Positions 1-12,501 of a DNA stretch of 64,000 nucleotides are shown here, piece after piece. Each line of letters opens with the position of its first letter. Position 1 is the first letter of the stretch. The notes beneath the pieces are model-generated. The model was not told the DNA's origin and ran no database searches. It saw only the letters and a program-made list of their open reading frames with translations. A program made the position numbers and the translations under genes. The stretch spans positions 208,883 to 272,882 of the forward strand of contig NMRA01000497.1 of NCBI GenBank assembly GCA_002633005.1. The letters run 5' to 3'. The DNA comes from Phoronis australis (taxonomy: Eukaryota > Animalia > Phoronida).

Positions 1-361
1 AAGCTCGTCATTATCCTTACGTGTGTAGAGAATGGTGCGGAATGTACCAAAGAGAATTTATGTATTTCCAGGGCACTAAAAGTACGCAGCAAAGCGTTCA
101 TCCGAATTTTGCCAGAAAAGGCACTTTTCTTGAGGGAAATTGTCGAAAAAGCCAGCCAAAGTTTTGTAGTGAAACTGATCGTGTAAAAGTCGCCCTTAAT
201 TCTAAGATGCGCTTCACGAGCACTTCTCTTATACGACTACCCGCACCCAAAAACTAAGCATCCTTTCGTGACTACTTCTTTGAATTTCCACAGAAATCAG
301 CGGGATCTTGCTAAGCTCTAGACTTAATGAACACTGTTTCTTCTTTTTCCATTTCATGCAG

Positions 362-538
362 TTGTGAGATGGACCGTTCGGCTTGTAAACTAACCAAGGA
401 CATTAAGATGGTATTCAACGGTCCATGCGAAAATTCTACCAAACCCGAATGCAAAGATGACTACATCGAAAAGAATATCAAATGTGACGACCTTGATCCA
501 GTAGTCTGCGGAACAGACGGGAGGACTTACACCAACAA
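362..538 (+). CDS. Kazal paralog A exon (end of domain 1, start of domain 2)
   Basis: tgcag|TTGTGAG...AACAA|gtatgc, 177 nt, phase 2-2. Confidence 0.9.
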
Positions 539-3500
539 GTATGCAATAGTAAAAAATCAACTTTACTTAACTCGGTCTGTGCAACATGGCATCATAACTT
601 ACTGACCGACGCTTGAGAAATAGTATGTTATAGGAAATTTAAACTGTTGACGCGTACTGTAGTGCACGTAACTTAATGCATGCACGTTTTGATACACGCA
701 GAGTCCACGGGAAACGGAAATAGTAAAGTATGTGATTTTAGTGTTAATATGAATTTGTATAACCGAACGAAGGTACAGAAGTGCGTTGTAGTTAGCGCCA
801 AACCAAAGAATACTCCGGCAACTGGTCAACTTCAAGATTTGAATAAAAGTAAATATTTCTGATTAGTGTAACAATGTCTTAACACTCGCGAAAAAAACTA
901 GTGTGATCACGAGCTTCGGCTGAAATGCCTGGCGATATCTCGCAAAGACTTGCGTGGTCTTACTTTTTTGCCAGTTTCTCGCGTCTTCTTCAAACGTACC
1001 TTTTTCCTCTGCCAAATACACATGACCTACAGTAGTTGCTGTTCTGGCGCAGTGTCAGCGAACAATCGAGAGAAACACAGGTGATTCTACGTACAGCCTA
1101 ATTCTTTTATTCGTGTGCCGTCAGTACATAGACAAACCCGTAAACTGAAATAAACAAAACCCTGAGTCACTACTACGAAATATAATACAAGTACAGGCAG
1201 TGACAATATATACAAAACCGTTATTTACATCAACGAAGAAAATGTACAAGTAACGAAATGGCTACATCAGATAAACTGAATCTTATATGAAAATACTATA
1301 TACAAAAACGAACCTAGTTCATACACAATTCTGCCGTGAGACCGTGACGCAAACTAGATATCAAGTCACGCTAAACTTTTACAATAATACGAGCTTGAAA
1401 CAGACTGGTTTGTGAATTGCAATCTCAAGGTCGCAGCGAACAACGCCCAAACCCTCGATACGAACCACAAAGGACGAAATACGGCAAAGAAAATAAAGCG
1501 AAAATACTGAAACTACACGGGACACGAGAGAATGCATTGCACAAACCAGAATATAACGATAAGCAAAAGAACACTACTTACATCATGAAAACCCTGCAAT
1601 CTCGACGATGAAACCAATGAGATGCATACACTGCACACAGATACGAAATACGAAATACGAATGAATGGAACTGGCGGGTAAAACGCTTTTAAATGTCAGT
1701 ACCACGTGACAAGTTCACAATCTGGGGGGTACTTCAAAATGAGTACAACAGGAACAATACCTAATATACACAGGCAATATGAATGATTGCGTCTGCAGTA
1801 ACATTACTCCCCCCGAGAAAGCGGAGAAANNNNNNNNNNNNNNNNNNNNNNNNNNNNNNNNNNNNNNNNNNNNNNNNNNNNNNNNNNNNNNNAGATACGA
1901 AATACGAAATACGAATGAATGGAACTGGCGGGTAAAACGCTTTTAAATGTCAGTACCACGTGACAAGTTCACAATCTGGGGGGTACTTGAAAATGAGTAC
2001 AACAGGAAACAATACTTAATATACACAGGCAATATGAATGATTGCGTCTGCAGTAACAGTTGCCGTTTCACTTTCTGGTGATGAGAATGACGAATTCAGT
2101 AAATATAAATGAGCTTTTTTCTCGTAATAAGATATTGATATTGTTTAATACAAAATAGCAAAGCATATATGTAAGATGCACGCACGCGGACAGACGTCAC
2201 AGACACATCCGGAATCAACAAATATATTCGTATTGACAACTATTACAGTAAATTACTTTTTCAAGTTCAATATTTTTGAAAATATATCTTAACTGCAAAC
2301 AAGTTAACTAGTTCAATTCCACTTTATCCATACATGTATGGTACTAAACCAAACCTATGACCGAATTGATAACATTTTGTGCCTTATGTTTGCCAATCAG
2401 TACATGTAGATTAAGTTCGGGGGATTTACCAGTGGTCGATAAAATCCAACTGCATACAGATACCCAACGATGTTTAACCATTGTTCAAGGCCACTCTAAA
2501 CTCATCATTGCAAACCCAAAACAGTTGCGAATTTGCTACATCAGTGTTTAATAAAAACAAAACAAAACAAAACAAAAATTATTAGTAGTAATAAGTTTGA
2601 GACTTAATTTTATTTGAATCCTCTTCAATTTTGTATCTTTGGTGAAATCAACTGCCAAGATGTAACAATTACGCCATCATTCTTCTGAAGGTACAATGTT
2701 TAAACGATTTCATGATTACCTGTATGCAATGACATATGGAAACGAGTGTAAAAGCTTTATTTACATGACTAAATGTAAAAATAGTCCAGGCAAAATCAGG
2801 ACCATGTGGAAGACTATTTTTAAATGCAACATTTTGCGCTGCGGGAAAGCAAACTCGGTCACATGACATGAGGTCTCCATCTTTTGTGTCCTCTTTACCA
2901 CTGTTCGTAAAATATTACTTTTGAGTAGAACGATTTTTGGGTTAAATCAAATAGATTCATGATGAATTAAATCTTACTTGATCACAAAGGTTCGAAAATG
3001 TGGAAATAGAATGGTGAAGTTTTCTCATTGTTCACTCCTGAGGCTAACTGACGTATCATGCATGTTGTCGCATCTATGTCTGCAATGTTCTGTTTCAAAG
3101 ATGTGAGTTCCATATGGCTAAATGTGCCGCCTATGAGAAATACGGACCTATAAGAGCACCCCAGCTTCACATCCGGGTGGTCGGCCGTGGCTGTAACGAG
3201 ACACCGAAGCCATACAATCCTTGTCAAAACAAATGGGGAAAAGCGGATTGTGAATCTTATCCAACCACACTCTTCTCCAAGTACTGCGACACCACCGGAA
3301 AGGTATACCGCAACAGGTGAGTTGATTATTGAACTTTCACCTTAACCCGGAGGAAATACTCTATTTAATGAAGTAGAAACGCGTTATTTTTGTAAAATTT
3401 TCTACAATTTCGTAAACATACTGAACTTGAAATCTCGTGTAATTTGGTTCGCGTTGACAGACATTTCAAAAAATCATGCCATTTGGCAATAGACCTCCAG

Positions 3501-4115
3501 CGAAATTAAAACGCTTTGGAAACCATTTCTGGGAGAACAATTGGCATTTGAAAGATCACCTGAGCACCCCCGTGTTGAACTGTAGGTAATTCCGAACACG
3601 TCAATCCGTATAGAACTGCTTGCATTGTGAAGACATGAAAGCGACGGACATTCGCTTCACCATCTTCATTTTGTTGTGAGAAGTGACGGCCATTTTACTA
3701 CGTAGGACTTTTTGGCTGAATCGTGGGAATATCACTATGCAGTAGCAGTAATTTGGCCTTGATACGGTGATTGCGGAAAAGTTGTAAAAACGCACTAGGA
3801 AAATCAAGTTGATGGAAATTTGGAAGTCTTTTTTAAAAAGGTACAATACAGCGCCATCTAGCGATAAAACATATATTATAATGTGTTCTCAGTCAAATTG
3901 GCCTTGGCACTCAAAACGTTTCCACATTACCACAATAGCGAAATGTACATTTTGTGACGTAAGAAATAATGCCAATACTGGAAAGGGGAGTGATAAAAAC
4001 TAAGTATACATGTATCACGTGTTTCTCTGTCTCTCCGTGTAGGTGCTATTTCATGCAGGCTCAGTGCGTAGACAAGACAATCAAGCAGACGTGGTGCAGA
4101 CCAAGTGGTCTGTAG
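362..4115 (+). CDS. Kazal-type serine protease inhibitor, multidomain, paralog A (5' exons lie before the window); exons 362-538, 3101-3316, 4043-4115
   Basis: All three exons have AG/GT boundaries and join in phase 2: ...CEMDRSACKLTKDIKMVFNGPC...CDDLDPVVCGTDGRTYTNK/CEFHMAKC...KYCDTTGKVYRNR/CYFMQAQCVDKTIKQTWCRPSGL*. Kazal motif PVxCGTDGxTYxNxC is present, and the exons are collinear with complete paralog B. Confidence 0.9.
1040..2058 (-). mobile_element. LTR retrotransposon inserted in an intron of Kazal paralog A; internal region collapsed in the N gap 1830-1892
   Basis: TGTT...AACA termini and 5-bp TSD GTTGC (1035-1039 and 2059-2063). Full LTR 1040-1803; its last ~165 bp recur at 1893-2058. 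Polypurine tract (minus strand GGGGGGAGTAA) abuts the LTR at 1804-1814. Paralog B has a single GTTGC at the empty site (~10625). Confidence 0.85.
3101..3316 (+). CDS. Kazal paralog A exon (end of domain 2, start of domain 3)
   Basis: tttcaaag|ATGTGAG...CAACAG|gtgagt, 216 nt, phase 2-2. Confidence 0.9.
4043..4115 (+). CDS. Kazal paralog A terminal exon
   Basis: Polypyrimidine tract then tgtag|G TGC TAT TTC...CTG TAG; supplies C4-C6 of domain 3. Confidence 0.85.
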
Positions 4116-5034
4116 AGGAGGAGTCCCAGTTCCCATCCCGCTTATGACGTCTGATTATTCAGTCAGCCATTCGAATTTTACTGTACTCGAGGCCGAAGGC
4201 GTAAAGTGAAATTGCAAATATAAGCACAAACACAATCAGTGTATCCAGAATTATACGTTGTACAGTTTTTATTTCAGATCAGTTTCTTTATAACCTTTTA
4301 CATTGAGAGTCTTCATAATTTATTATAACACATTGTGGCCAGGTGAAGTTATAAAAATTCAAATCGAAATCCTGTGTTCTTCTTTTATGGAATTCATATT
4401 ACAAAGAACACAGATTTCTTTAAATAGTTCAGCAATCTCGTTTGTTCACGCGGCTATGAACCCACAACACACCACAGAAACTAAACTTGGTATCGTTATG
4501 AAATTGGTGTCAATTTTTGTTTAACCAAATAAGATGTGGTTTGAATACTTCACAAGAACTGACAGCTCGTTATTTCTTAAGACCAGACTGAGAAAAGATA
4601 GCTGAGCGTTGTTTAGAACAATAGCGGAACAAATTGAAACCAATTTTATAGCGGTACATGGTTTAAATTCAAAAGTTAATTTTTTCATCGGAACGCAGGT
4701 TTATAACCACCTTAAATTAGTATAATGTTGTCGGAGGTTTTCATGTTCATTTCAAAAGATAAAAAAGTGATGTGCAATTCACCCTGATTTAGCACCACTG
4801 TAATCAATAACGTTAAAGACTTCCCATCATGCATTTTCTTAGTTTTTGAGGTTTCACTAGCTAATATGAAATGAATATCATAAAATCGAAATAAATAAGT
4901 TTTTTTATGCCAAATATTCGCGACCGTTTTAATTTTGAAGAAAAAATATTTATTTCTATGTTTCGCACCAAGTGATGTAATGAGTGAAATACGTTCGGTC
5001 ACTTGACAATCAATGGCAATGAGGGAACGCTGCA

Positions 5035-5295
5035 GATAAGAAGAAGAGGACGATTTTGAGCGAGAACTGGACGATCATTATACAGGCAGAGAGGAGAGTG
5101 GATATGGACATCACTCAAAAGTACTTAAAGAATCAGACAACGAATTCGATTTCCCACCAGCGAACTTTCGTCAGCTTTGAGGCTGTATGAACTCGACCCA
5201 CTTTCACGACAAATGCTGCAGACATAATTATATCATTCACAGCCGACTGAACCAAGGGTTGGTCAATACCGGTATTTGCGTTAGGTCGAAACATG
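5035..5295 (+). pseudogene. Possible decayed PIF/Harbinger transposase N-terminal fragment
   Basis: Frameshifted pieces RRRGRF*AR / GREESGYGH..KVLKE / ANFRQ..MNSTHFHD / EPR..RYL resemble the Harbinger transposase N-terminus (RRxW..R.E.G...L..EL...F.N..RM....F..LL...RL..TLRYLA). Recognised by eye only. Confidence 0.35.
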
Positions 5296-8200
5296 GCGAT
5301 TCCTTGAAATGTGCCGAACAATGTGTGAAAGCCGAGGCAACCGTAAAAAACTAAAATTGCCACTAGGGGGCAGAGCGGTAGTCGAATCGGTCCGAAGGTC
5401 GTCGTTATATATCATCAGCTTCAAAAAACACGTCTGTCAAATCTCAGTAAGATTCAGACACAGATTACAGCAAAATGCCCCCACATTTTTTATATTTAGG
5501 CGCATAGTTAATGACGACCCACACAAGTCGGCTGGAGTCAGTCCGTCACCAAGTCAAAAATGTAACGAATTTTGTAACTGATTTGAGTAGGAGTAGGGTG
5601 TGGGTCGCAGAGGGGTCACTGTGAAGTTGGGAAGCCCCCTTCCCCCACTAAAGTAGAACACAGAAAGCACGGGGTAGGCTACTTGCCTCAAATAATTTAC
5701 AGTCGTGAAGATGAAACCACCAGCAAAGGGCGGCGGCAGTCGAGAAAAAAAAACACTGCGAAACACGTAGAAAAAAAATTAGAGAACTTTCGTCAGTTAA
5801 CAGTGACGCTGGAACCCATGGCCAGGACTTTTGTGTCCGGTGGTCCCCATTGTTAGAAAATTGGAGCACATCGAAAAAGTCCAAGATAACTATGCAGCTT
5901 TTCAAAACAAACTGATTCAAATTTCTGCATTGATGGAAACAATTTTTGGAGAATGTAAGACACTTTTCTTCTCTGACAGGGGATGATGTAAGTCCCCGTT
6001 TTCCTTTGAAACATTGAAGACTTTCAGTGCACAAATTTTAACTCTTAATTAGAGCGTGTCTGCAGATCGCATACATGGATACCCTTTTACCGTTTTGATT
6101 GATGCCTTCTCAATGGACTTTTTGTAGAATCAACAATCACTCTTTTGCAGAGAGAAAGCCTTTCATACTAAAGGCCATTAGGCAACACGTGAAGCGGCCA
6201 GCTCTCAAGAGAGAGGGCTATCTCTTGGATGGGCGGCCAAGGAAAAGTGTCCTATTGCGCTCTTTAAATCGGACACTGTCAGTTATCAACGAAGGGAAAC
6301 TGGGAAAATTCAAGCTGGTTAAAAAGACTACAGAATACTTTTTGGCGAAGGACAACAGCATCAAGACATGCGGCTCAAGCAACCAAAACGCAAGACTACT
6401 AAAAACAAAAAAGCAAACTCCAGCCGGAAACGAAACATAGATACTTTGTAAATCACTAACACAATAAGGTTTTATAACGATAAAAATTTCCATTCTTTCT
6501 CCAAAGTATTTGAAATACAATATTGTAAATTTCAAACTGAACTTGACGGACTTCGACAGAACTTGGATAAACATCTTGCCAGAATTATTTGACAGTTTTG
6601 CCGTAATTTATTGTAATGTTATTGCGCCAGCCGCTAATTGATAAATGTCGTGACGTCAACAAAGTGGATGGAGAAACATCTGTCGAGATCGAGTCAAAAT
6701 TGAAACGGATTCTACTTAAAAAAAGAAATGGATATTTAGTCTCGGTTTTGTTCGACGAACCTCGTTTGTCGAATTTCGACGGCTATCACTGAAATGAACA
6801 AGAATTGACGTGAACACGCATAAAGTCCGAAAGTTGCTCGAGTGCGCGCCTCCAAACACTCCGTCGTAGGTGCCTATCTATTAAATACTCCTGGTTGCCC
6901 GTGAAGTACGTGACTGCGCGTGTATCCCTTCGAAATTGTCATACTGGGATTTGAGAAAGTCTTGCAACTTAACAACCGGCAGTGAGCTCAAATGCGCACT
7001 GTGTGTGCCTTTGGTTTGATATTGTGTTGTCATGGGATGACCCGGATGTCAAAGCTTTCGTCTTCTGCTATCCTCCACGAGTTCTGATTTATTACATCCT
7101 TGTGCATTGCTGTGTATTACAAGTCATCCAGTAAGAAGCTGAGAACAATTATCAATACATGCTGGACTTACTTAATTGAAAATAATTAACAGTGTTTTGT
7201 CAGGCACTCTGACTTCATAAGCCTTTGCTACATCTGTTGGAGATTGTCGGGTGTGAGTCAAACGACAACACTCGTTCCCAGTTGTGTTCAAAGTTAAATT
7301 TAAGCCCACCTTTCTTCCTCAGGGAGCTATGTTCAATCCTTTGCCAATGCGTCATTTTATTTGCACTTGAAAATGAAACAAGTATGTTTCGAAATATCGC
7401 GTGCCTTTTAATCATATCTCTTGGTCAGTTGCTTCACCAATGTTATGTAGAGTGTCGAACTTTGTTCTGAGGATACGAACGGAACGGAATAAATATTGTT
7501 TATAACGGCAAGTGTCGTGTGTTTAATCAATTCTGCACATTGGAAAACTTGCTCCGGAAGTACATCCAAGTAAAAGAGGACTAGATGCGTACTTTCAGAA
7601 AGTCATGCGGGACAGTAAGGCTACTAAACCCCTGCATCCTCGACTGGCGAACGTGTCTATACTCTCATGTTCTAGACAACAAAGCGATAAACCGTTGTTC
7701 ATTATACCAACCACTGCAGTCACACAGCTGGAACTTCATTGGAGATGTTTTTCCATCTTTACTAACGTAACGGTATTTATAGACTTTTCGGAGTTTCAAA
7801 ATTTATTCCAATTAAACAAATTGAAAGTGTGTAGTTGCTGCTAAAGATTACGTGAGCTTGATGAACGGAAGTCACGCAGCAGCATACTTTGGTACAAAAA
7901 TACCCTCAATTTTGAGGCAAGGCATTGATATCATATCTCGTGCGAAATGTCAGTGTTCCAATGACGTGTGACCTGAACTGTTTGATTAAGTGTTTTTAAC
8001 TAATTCCGAAAATGAATAACAACACATCATAGTTTCATGCATAACTCTCAAATATATATGAGAAATGGTCGTTCTCATATAAGGATGCAGTTCGTCCTAT
8101 ATATAGCTAGCTAAATACGAAAATTTAACTATAGTTGGCACATTTCCGTTACTAATAAGAACATCAAAATCTTCAGGGATTCACGAAAACTCTGCAGAGT

Positions 8201-8576
8201 ATATAGGGGTTAGACAACCCTAAAGCTATGATTTCTAATTGGGTACATGCATGAAATCTCTTCACTTGAGTACATGCCTGTAACGAACAAGAAATACGTT
8301 TACGGTAAGAACGATTTTTTGAGAGCAAAAGACCTATAATTCAATTTTTGTTTTTAACCATCTGAAAAGGACGAATTGCAGCTTTTAAAAATGGTGTGAT
8401 TCAAGGGTTGGATTGGCGAGGCAGGAAAGTTTAATTGTGAAAAACCTGTACTTAAACACACTTGCCCGTTCCATCAACCAAACATTTTCACCACAAGTGC
8501 CTCGCAATTTTTTTACATGTAAGTCACGGAGTGACCCCCTGTGCGAGTCTTGACGCGCGCGCCGCCTCCGCGAGAG

Positions 8577-8584
8577 TATATAAG
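8577..8584 (+). promoter_or_regulatory. TATA box of Kazal paralog B
   Basis: TATATAAG 55 nt upstream of the signal-peptide ATG, preceded by a GC-rich CGCGCGCCGCC patch. Confidence 0.6.
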
Positions 8585-8631
8585 AACAATGCGTACGACA
8601 GACACCCCATTTATGATCAGGGATTAGAGAA

Positions 8632-8668
8632 ATGCTGAAATTATTGGCTTTCGCTGTTTTTGTGGCGG
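8632..8668 (+). CDS. Kazal paralog B exon 1 (signal peptide)
   Basis: ATG CTG AAA TTA TTG GCT TTC GCT GTT TTT GTG GCG G|gtaagc. Confidence 0.85.
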
Positions 8669-11600
8669 GTAAGCTGTTTTTAGAAATTTTGTTCTTAAGC
8701 GCATGCACAAAATTTGCACATTTTAAAAAATTTTCACCAGTTGTATTCCAGACTTTCAGTGATTGACACGATGGGATGACTGAAATATGATTTTAGGAAT
8801 TTGGTGACCAGTTAAACAGACTGGATGGGGACACGTTATTTTCTACAGTGCTGTTTTTACAGAAGACTGAATATCTTAAATCTGCTTAGCAACCACTGAG
8901 GACTTGTGAGAAGACGACCACTCCACCAAGAATGGTTTCCGTTCCACGCTTTTGGTGTTTTTTCAGAATCATACGTAACATTGAACAAAGAGATGAAATT
9001 GTAAAACACTCCTTTTAGAATGTTAAAACAAAATTTGATATGAACCTTAATTGTCTTTCATTTCCGTTCTCTTATAGGCAACATCTTTTCACCTAATTTG
9101 TACACACGTATAAACGATTGAATCATTTACCTCTCAGTACTTTGTTGGCAAAACGAACTCACAGGATCTACTATCGTGTTTTATTTCCAGCCGCCCAGGC
9201 TAGCCTGAAATGCAGCATTCAACTACGAGTTGACTGCGACAAGTTTGGAGACAAGCCTGTATGTGGCGACGACAGCGCAAGCCGGAAAACGTACAAGAAT
9301 GCGTGCGTATCTTTACATAGTATACAGAAAATAACAAGCCTTTTTGTACATGTACATGTTCGAAGTAGTAAGCATTTTAAGTCACATAGTTCGCACATAA
9401 ATACACTCTTCTCTGCTGCTTACGCACTCCCGAAGAATTGGGAAGCGGTAATTTTCCTGTATGTTCCTCCGCACCACGTTGATAACACAGAAGCTTGTCA
9501 TTATTATTCTGTCTTGAGAGAATGGTGCGGAATGTACAAATAATTTATTTACTTCTGTTTCAATAGAAGTACGCAACAAAGAGTTCACGAGAATTTGCCA
9601 GAAAGGGCACTCTTTTGGAGGGAATTCGTCGGAAAAGGCAAACTTTTGAAGGAATACTGACGGGGAAAAGTCAACCTTTATTCTTAGTGTTGCTTCTACT
9701 ATTACCCGCATACTGCACTGGTATTTTAATAACGGTGTTCTCCAGAAACTAAGCATCCTTTCCAGTTCGGCATCGGCACATTAAGATAAAAGGACCTAAA
9801 ACATTACGTTCGCGTTCAATAACGCTTTCTAACAAATTACTCAAGATTTGATGTGCTCTGTTTGAAATACGTGGCCACATTCCACAGAAAACTGCCGGAT
9901 GTTGCAAAACTCTAGCCTCAATGAACACCTTTCCATTGTATCTAGGTGTGAGATGGATACTATGGGTTGTAAACTAAACAAGGTCATTAAGATGGTATTC
10001 AACGGTCCATGCGAAAATTCTACCAAACCCGAATGCGAAGCTGATTACATCGAAAAGAATTTCCAGTGTGACGAAAACGACCCACCACTCTGCGCAACAA
10101 ACGGACAGACTTACAAGAACAAGTATGTAATAGTGAAAAATCGACTCTATCTAACTCGGTCTGTACAACATGGCATCATAACTTCTTTACCGACGCTCGA
10201 GAAATAGAGTGCTGTAAGAAATTTAAACTCTTGACGCGTAGTTCACGGGACTTTAAACTAATGCATGCACGGTTTGATACACGCAGAGTCCACGGGAAAA
10301 CGGGAATAGTAAAAAAATGTATTTCCTGAGTTAATAGGAATTTGGACATGTTGTATAACCGAGCGAAGGGACAGAAGTTCCTTGTAGTTAGCGTCAAACT
10401 AAAGAATACTCCGCAAACTGGTCAACTTCAAGTTTTGAATAGTAGTACATATGTTTAAGTCTCCGTAATTTAATGTAACAATATCGTACAGTTCCGAAAA
10501 CTCAGCGTCATCACCAGCTTCGTGTGTAATGCCTGACGAAATTTCGCCAAGACTTGCGTGATATTGGATTTGCACGAGTCAAGTTCATTGCGTTTACTCT
10601 ACCAAATACTCATAGCCTACTGCGGTTGCCGTTTCACTTGAAAATGGCGAATTCTGTAAATATGAAAGTTTTTTTTTCCCGTAATAAGATATTGATATCT
10701 TTAAAATAGCAACACACATACATGTAGATGCACGCACGCATACAGACACACCCCGAATCAACAAATATTTAAAATATTAACCCAGTGATTATAGGGTTCA
10801 CCGTTTTCGAATAAGAACATGTAGATTAAGTTCAAGGGATTGACCAGTTGTCGATAAAGTCCAACTGCATACAGATGGCCAACGATTTTTAACCATTGTT
10901 CAAAACCAATTTACACGTTTTTTCGAACTCATGGTTGCAAACGCAAAACAACTTTGAATTTGTTACACCAATATTTAATAAAAAAAACGAAAAAGCTATT
11001 AGTAATAATAACTCTTTGACTAAATCCTATTTGAATCCATTTCAATTTCGTTTCTTTGGCAAAATCAACTGCCAAGATATAACATTTACGCCATCATTCT
11101 TCTGAAAGTACAATATTTAAACAATTTTATCATTAGTTATATATTTGTATGCAATGGCAAACAGACAGTTTATTTACATTATCATGTGGAAATGCAACTT
11201 TTGACACCAACCGGGAAAGCAAAATCGGTCACATGACATGAGGTTTCCGTCTTTTGTGCCCTCTTTTCCAAATATTATTTTTCAGTAAAACGCTTTTTTG
11301 GTTAAATCAAATAGGTTCACGAGATATTCAATCTTATTTGATTACAGAGGTTTGAACATGTAGAAATAGAATGTTGAAGTTTTCTAATAGGTCAATTTTG
11401 AGGCTAACTGTCGCATCATGCACGTTGTCGCATCTATGTCTGCAATGTTCTATTTCAAAGATGTGAGTTCCAGAAGGCTAAATGTGATGCCTATGAGAAA
11501 TACGGACCTATAAGAGCACCACAGCTTCACATCCGGGTGATGGGCCGTGGCTGTAACAATACGCCAAGGCCATACAATCCTTGTCAAAACAAATGGCGAG

Positions 11601-12501
11601 AGGCGGATTGTGAATCTTATCCAACCACCATCTTCTCCAAGTACTGCGACACCACCGGACAGGTATACCGCAACAGGTGAGTTGATTATTGACCTTTCAC
11701 CTTAATACAGAGGAAATATTCTACTTAATGAAGCAGAAACGCATTAATTTTGAAAAAAATTGCTACAATTTCGTAAAAATGCTAAATTCGAAACCTCGTT
11801 TAATTTTGTTCGTGTTGGCAAACATTTCAAAAATCATGGCATTTGGCAGTAGAGTTCCAGCGAAATTAAAACGCTTTAGAAACCATTTCTGGGAGAACAA
11901 TCGGCATTTGAAAGGTCACCTAAGCACTCCCTTGTTGAACAGAAGGTAAGTGTAATTGCGCTAATACTTCAACCCGTATAGAACTGCTTGCATTGTGAAG
12001 ACATGAAAGCGATATTTGCTTCACATCTTCCTTTTGTTGTGAGAAGTGACGGCCATTTTACAACGTAGGACTTCTTGGGTGAATCGTAGGAATATAACAA
12101 TGCAGTAGTAGTAATTTTACCTTGATAGGGTGATTGCGAAGAAGTTATAAAAACGCACTAGGAAAATCAAGCGAATGGAAATTTGGAAATCTTTTTTAAA
12201 AGGGTACAATACACCGCCATCTAGCGATAAAGAATATGTCACCATTTGTTCTGAAAATGGCCGTGGCGCTCATACTGGTGACCAGATAATCTCCTCACAA
12301 CGTTTCCACATTACCATAGTAGCGAAATGAACATTTTGTGGCACAAGAAATAATGACATTACTGGAAAGAGGAGTGATGAAAACCTTAAATATACATGTA
12401 TCACGTGTTTCTCTGTCTCTCTGTGTAGGTGCTACTTCATGAAGGCTCAGTGCGTAGACAAGTCAATCAAGCAGACGTGGTGCAGACCAAGTGGTCTGTA
12501 G
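8632..12501 (+). CDS. Secreted three-domain Kazal-type serine protease inhibitor, paralog B (204 aa); exons 8632-8668, 9191-9302, 9946-10122, 11461-11676, 12429-12501
   Basis: Exon lengths 37+112+177+216+73=615 nt give an open frame: MLKLLAFAVFVAAAQA (signal peptide) SLKCSIQLRVDCDKFGDKPVCGDDSASRKTYKNACEMDTMGC...GPC...CDENDPPLCATNGQTYKNKCEFQKAKC...RGC...PC...ADC...KYCDTTGQVYRNRCYFMKAQCVDKSIKQTWCRPSGL*. 18 Cys fit 3 Kazal domains; all introns GT-AG. Confidence 0.92.
9191..9302 (+). CDS. Kazal paralog B exon 2
   Basis: tttccag|CC GCC CAG GCT...AAT GC|gtgcgt. Confidence 0.88.
9946..10122 (+). CDS. Kazal paralog B exon 3
   Basis: tctag|G TGT GAG...AAC AA|gtatgt; homologous to 362-538. Confidence 0.9.
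11461..11676 (+). CDS. Kazal paralog B exon 4
   Basis: tttcaaag|A TGT GAG TTC...AAC AG|gtgagt; homologous to 3101-3316. Confidence 0.9.
12429..12501 (+). CDS. Kazal paralog B terminal exon
   Basis: tgtag|G TGC TAC TTC...CTG TAG. Confidence 0.87.

Noticed and set aside
6992-7087. MRTVCAFGLILCC... as the signal-peptide exon of Kazal B
   Set aside because: No suitable donor; the 8632-8668 exon has a TATA box, a consensus donor and the right phase.
8932-8974. Alternative first exon MVSVPRFWCFFRII
   Set aside because: Poor signal peptide and weaker donor than 8632-8668.
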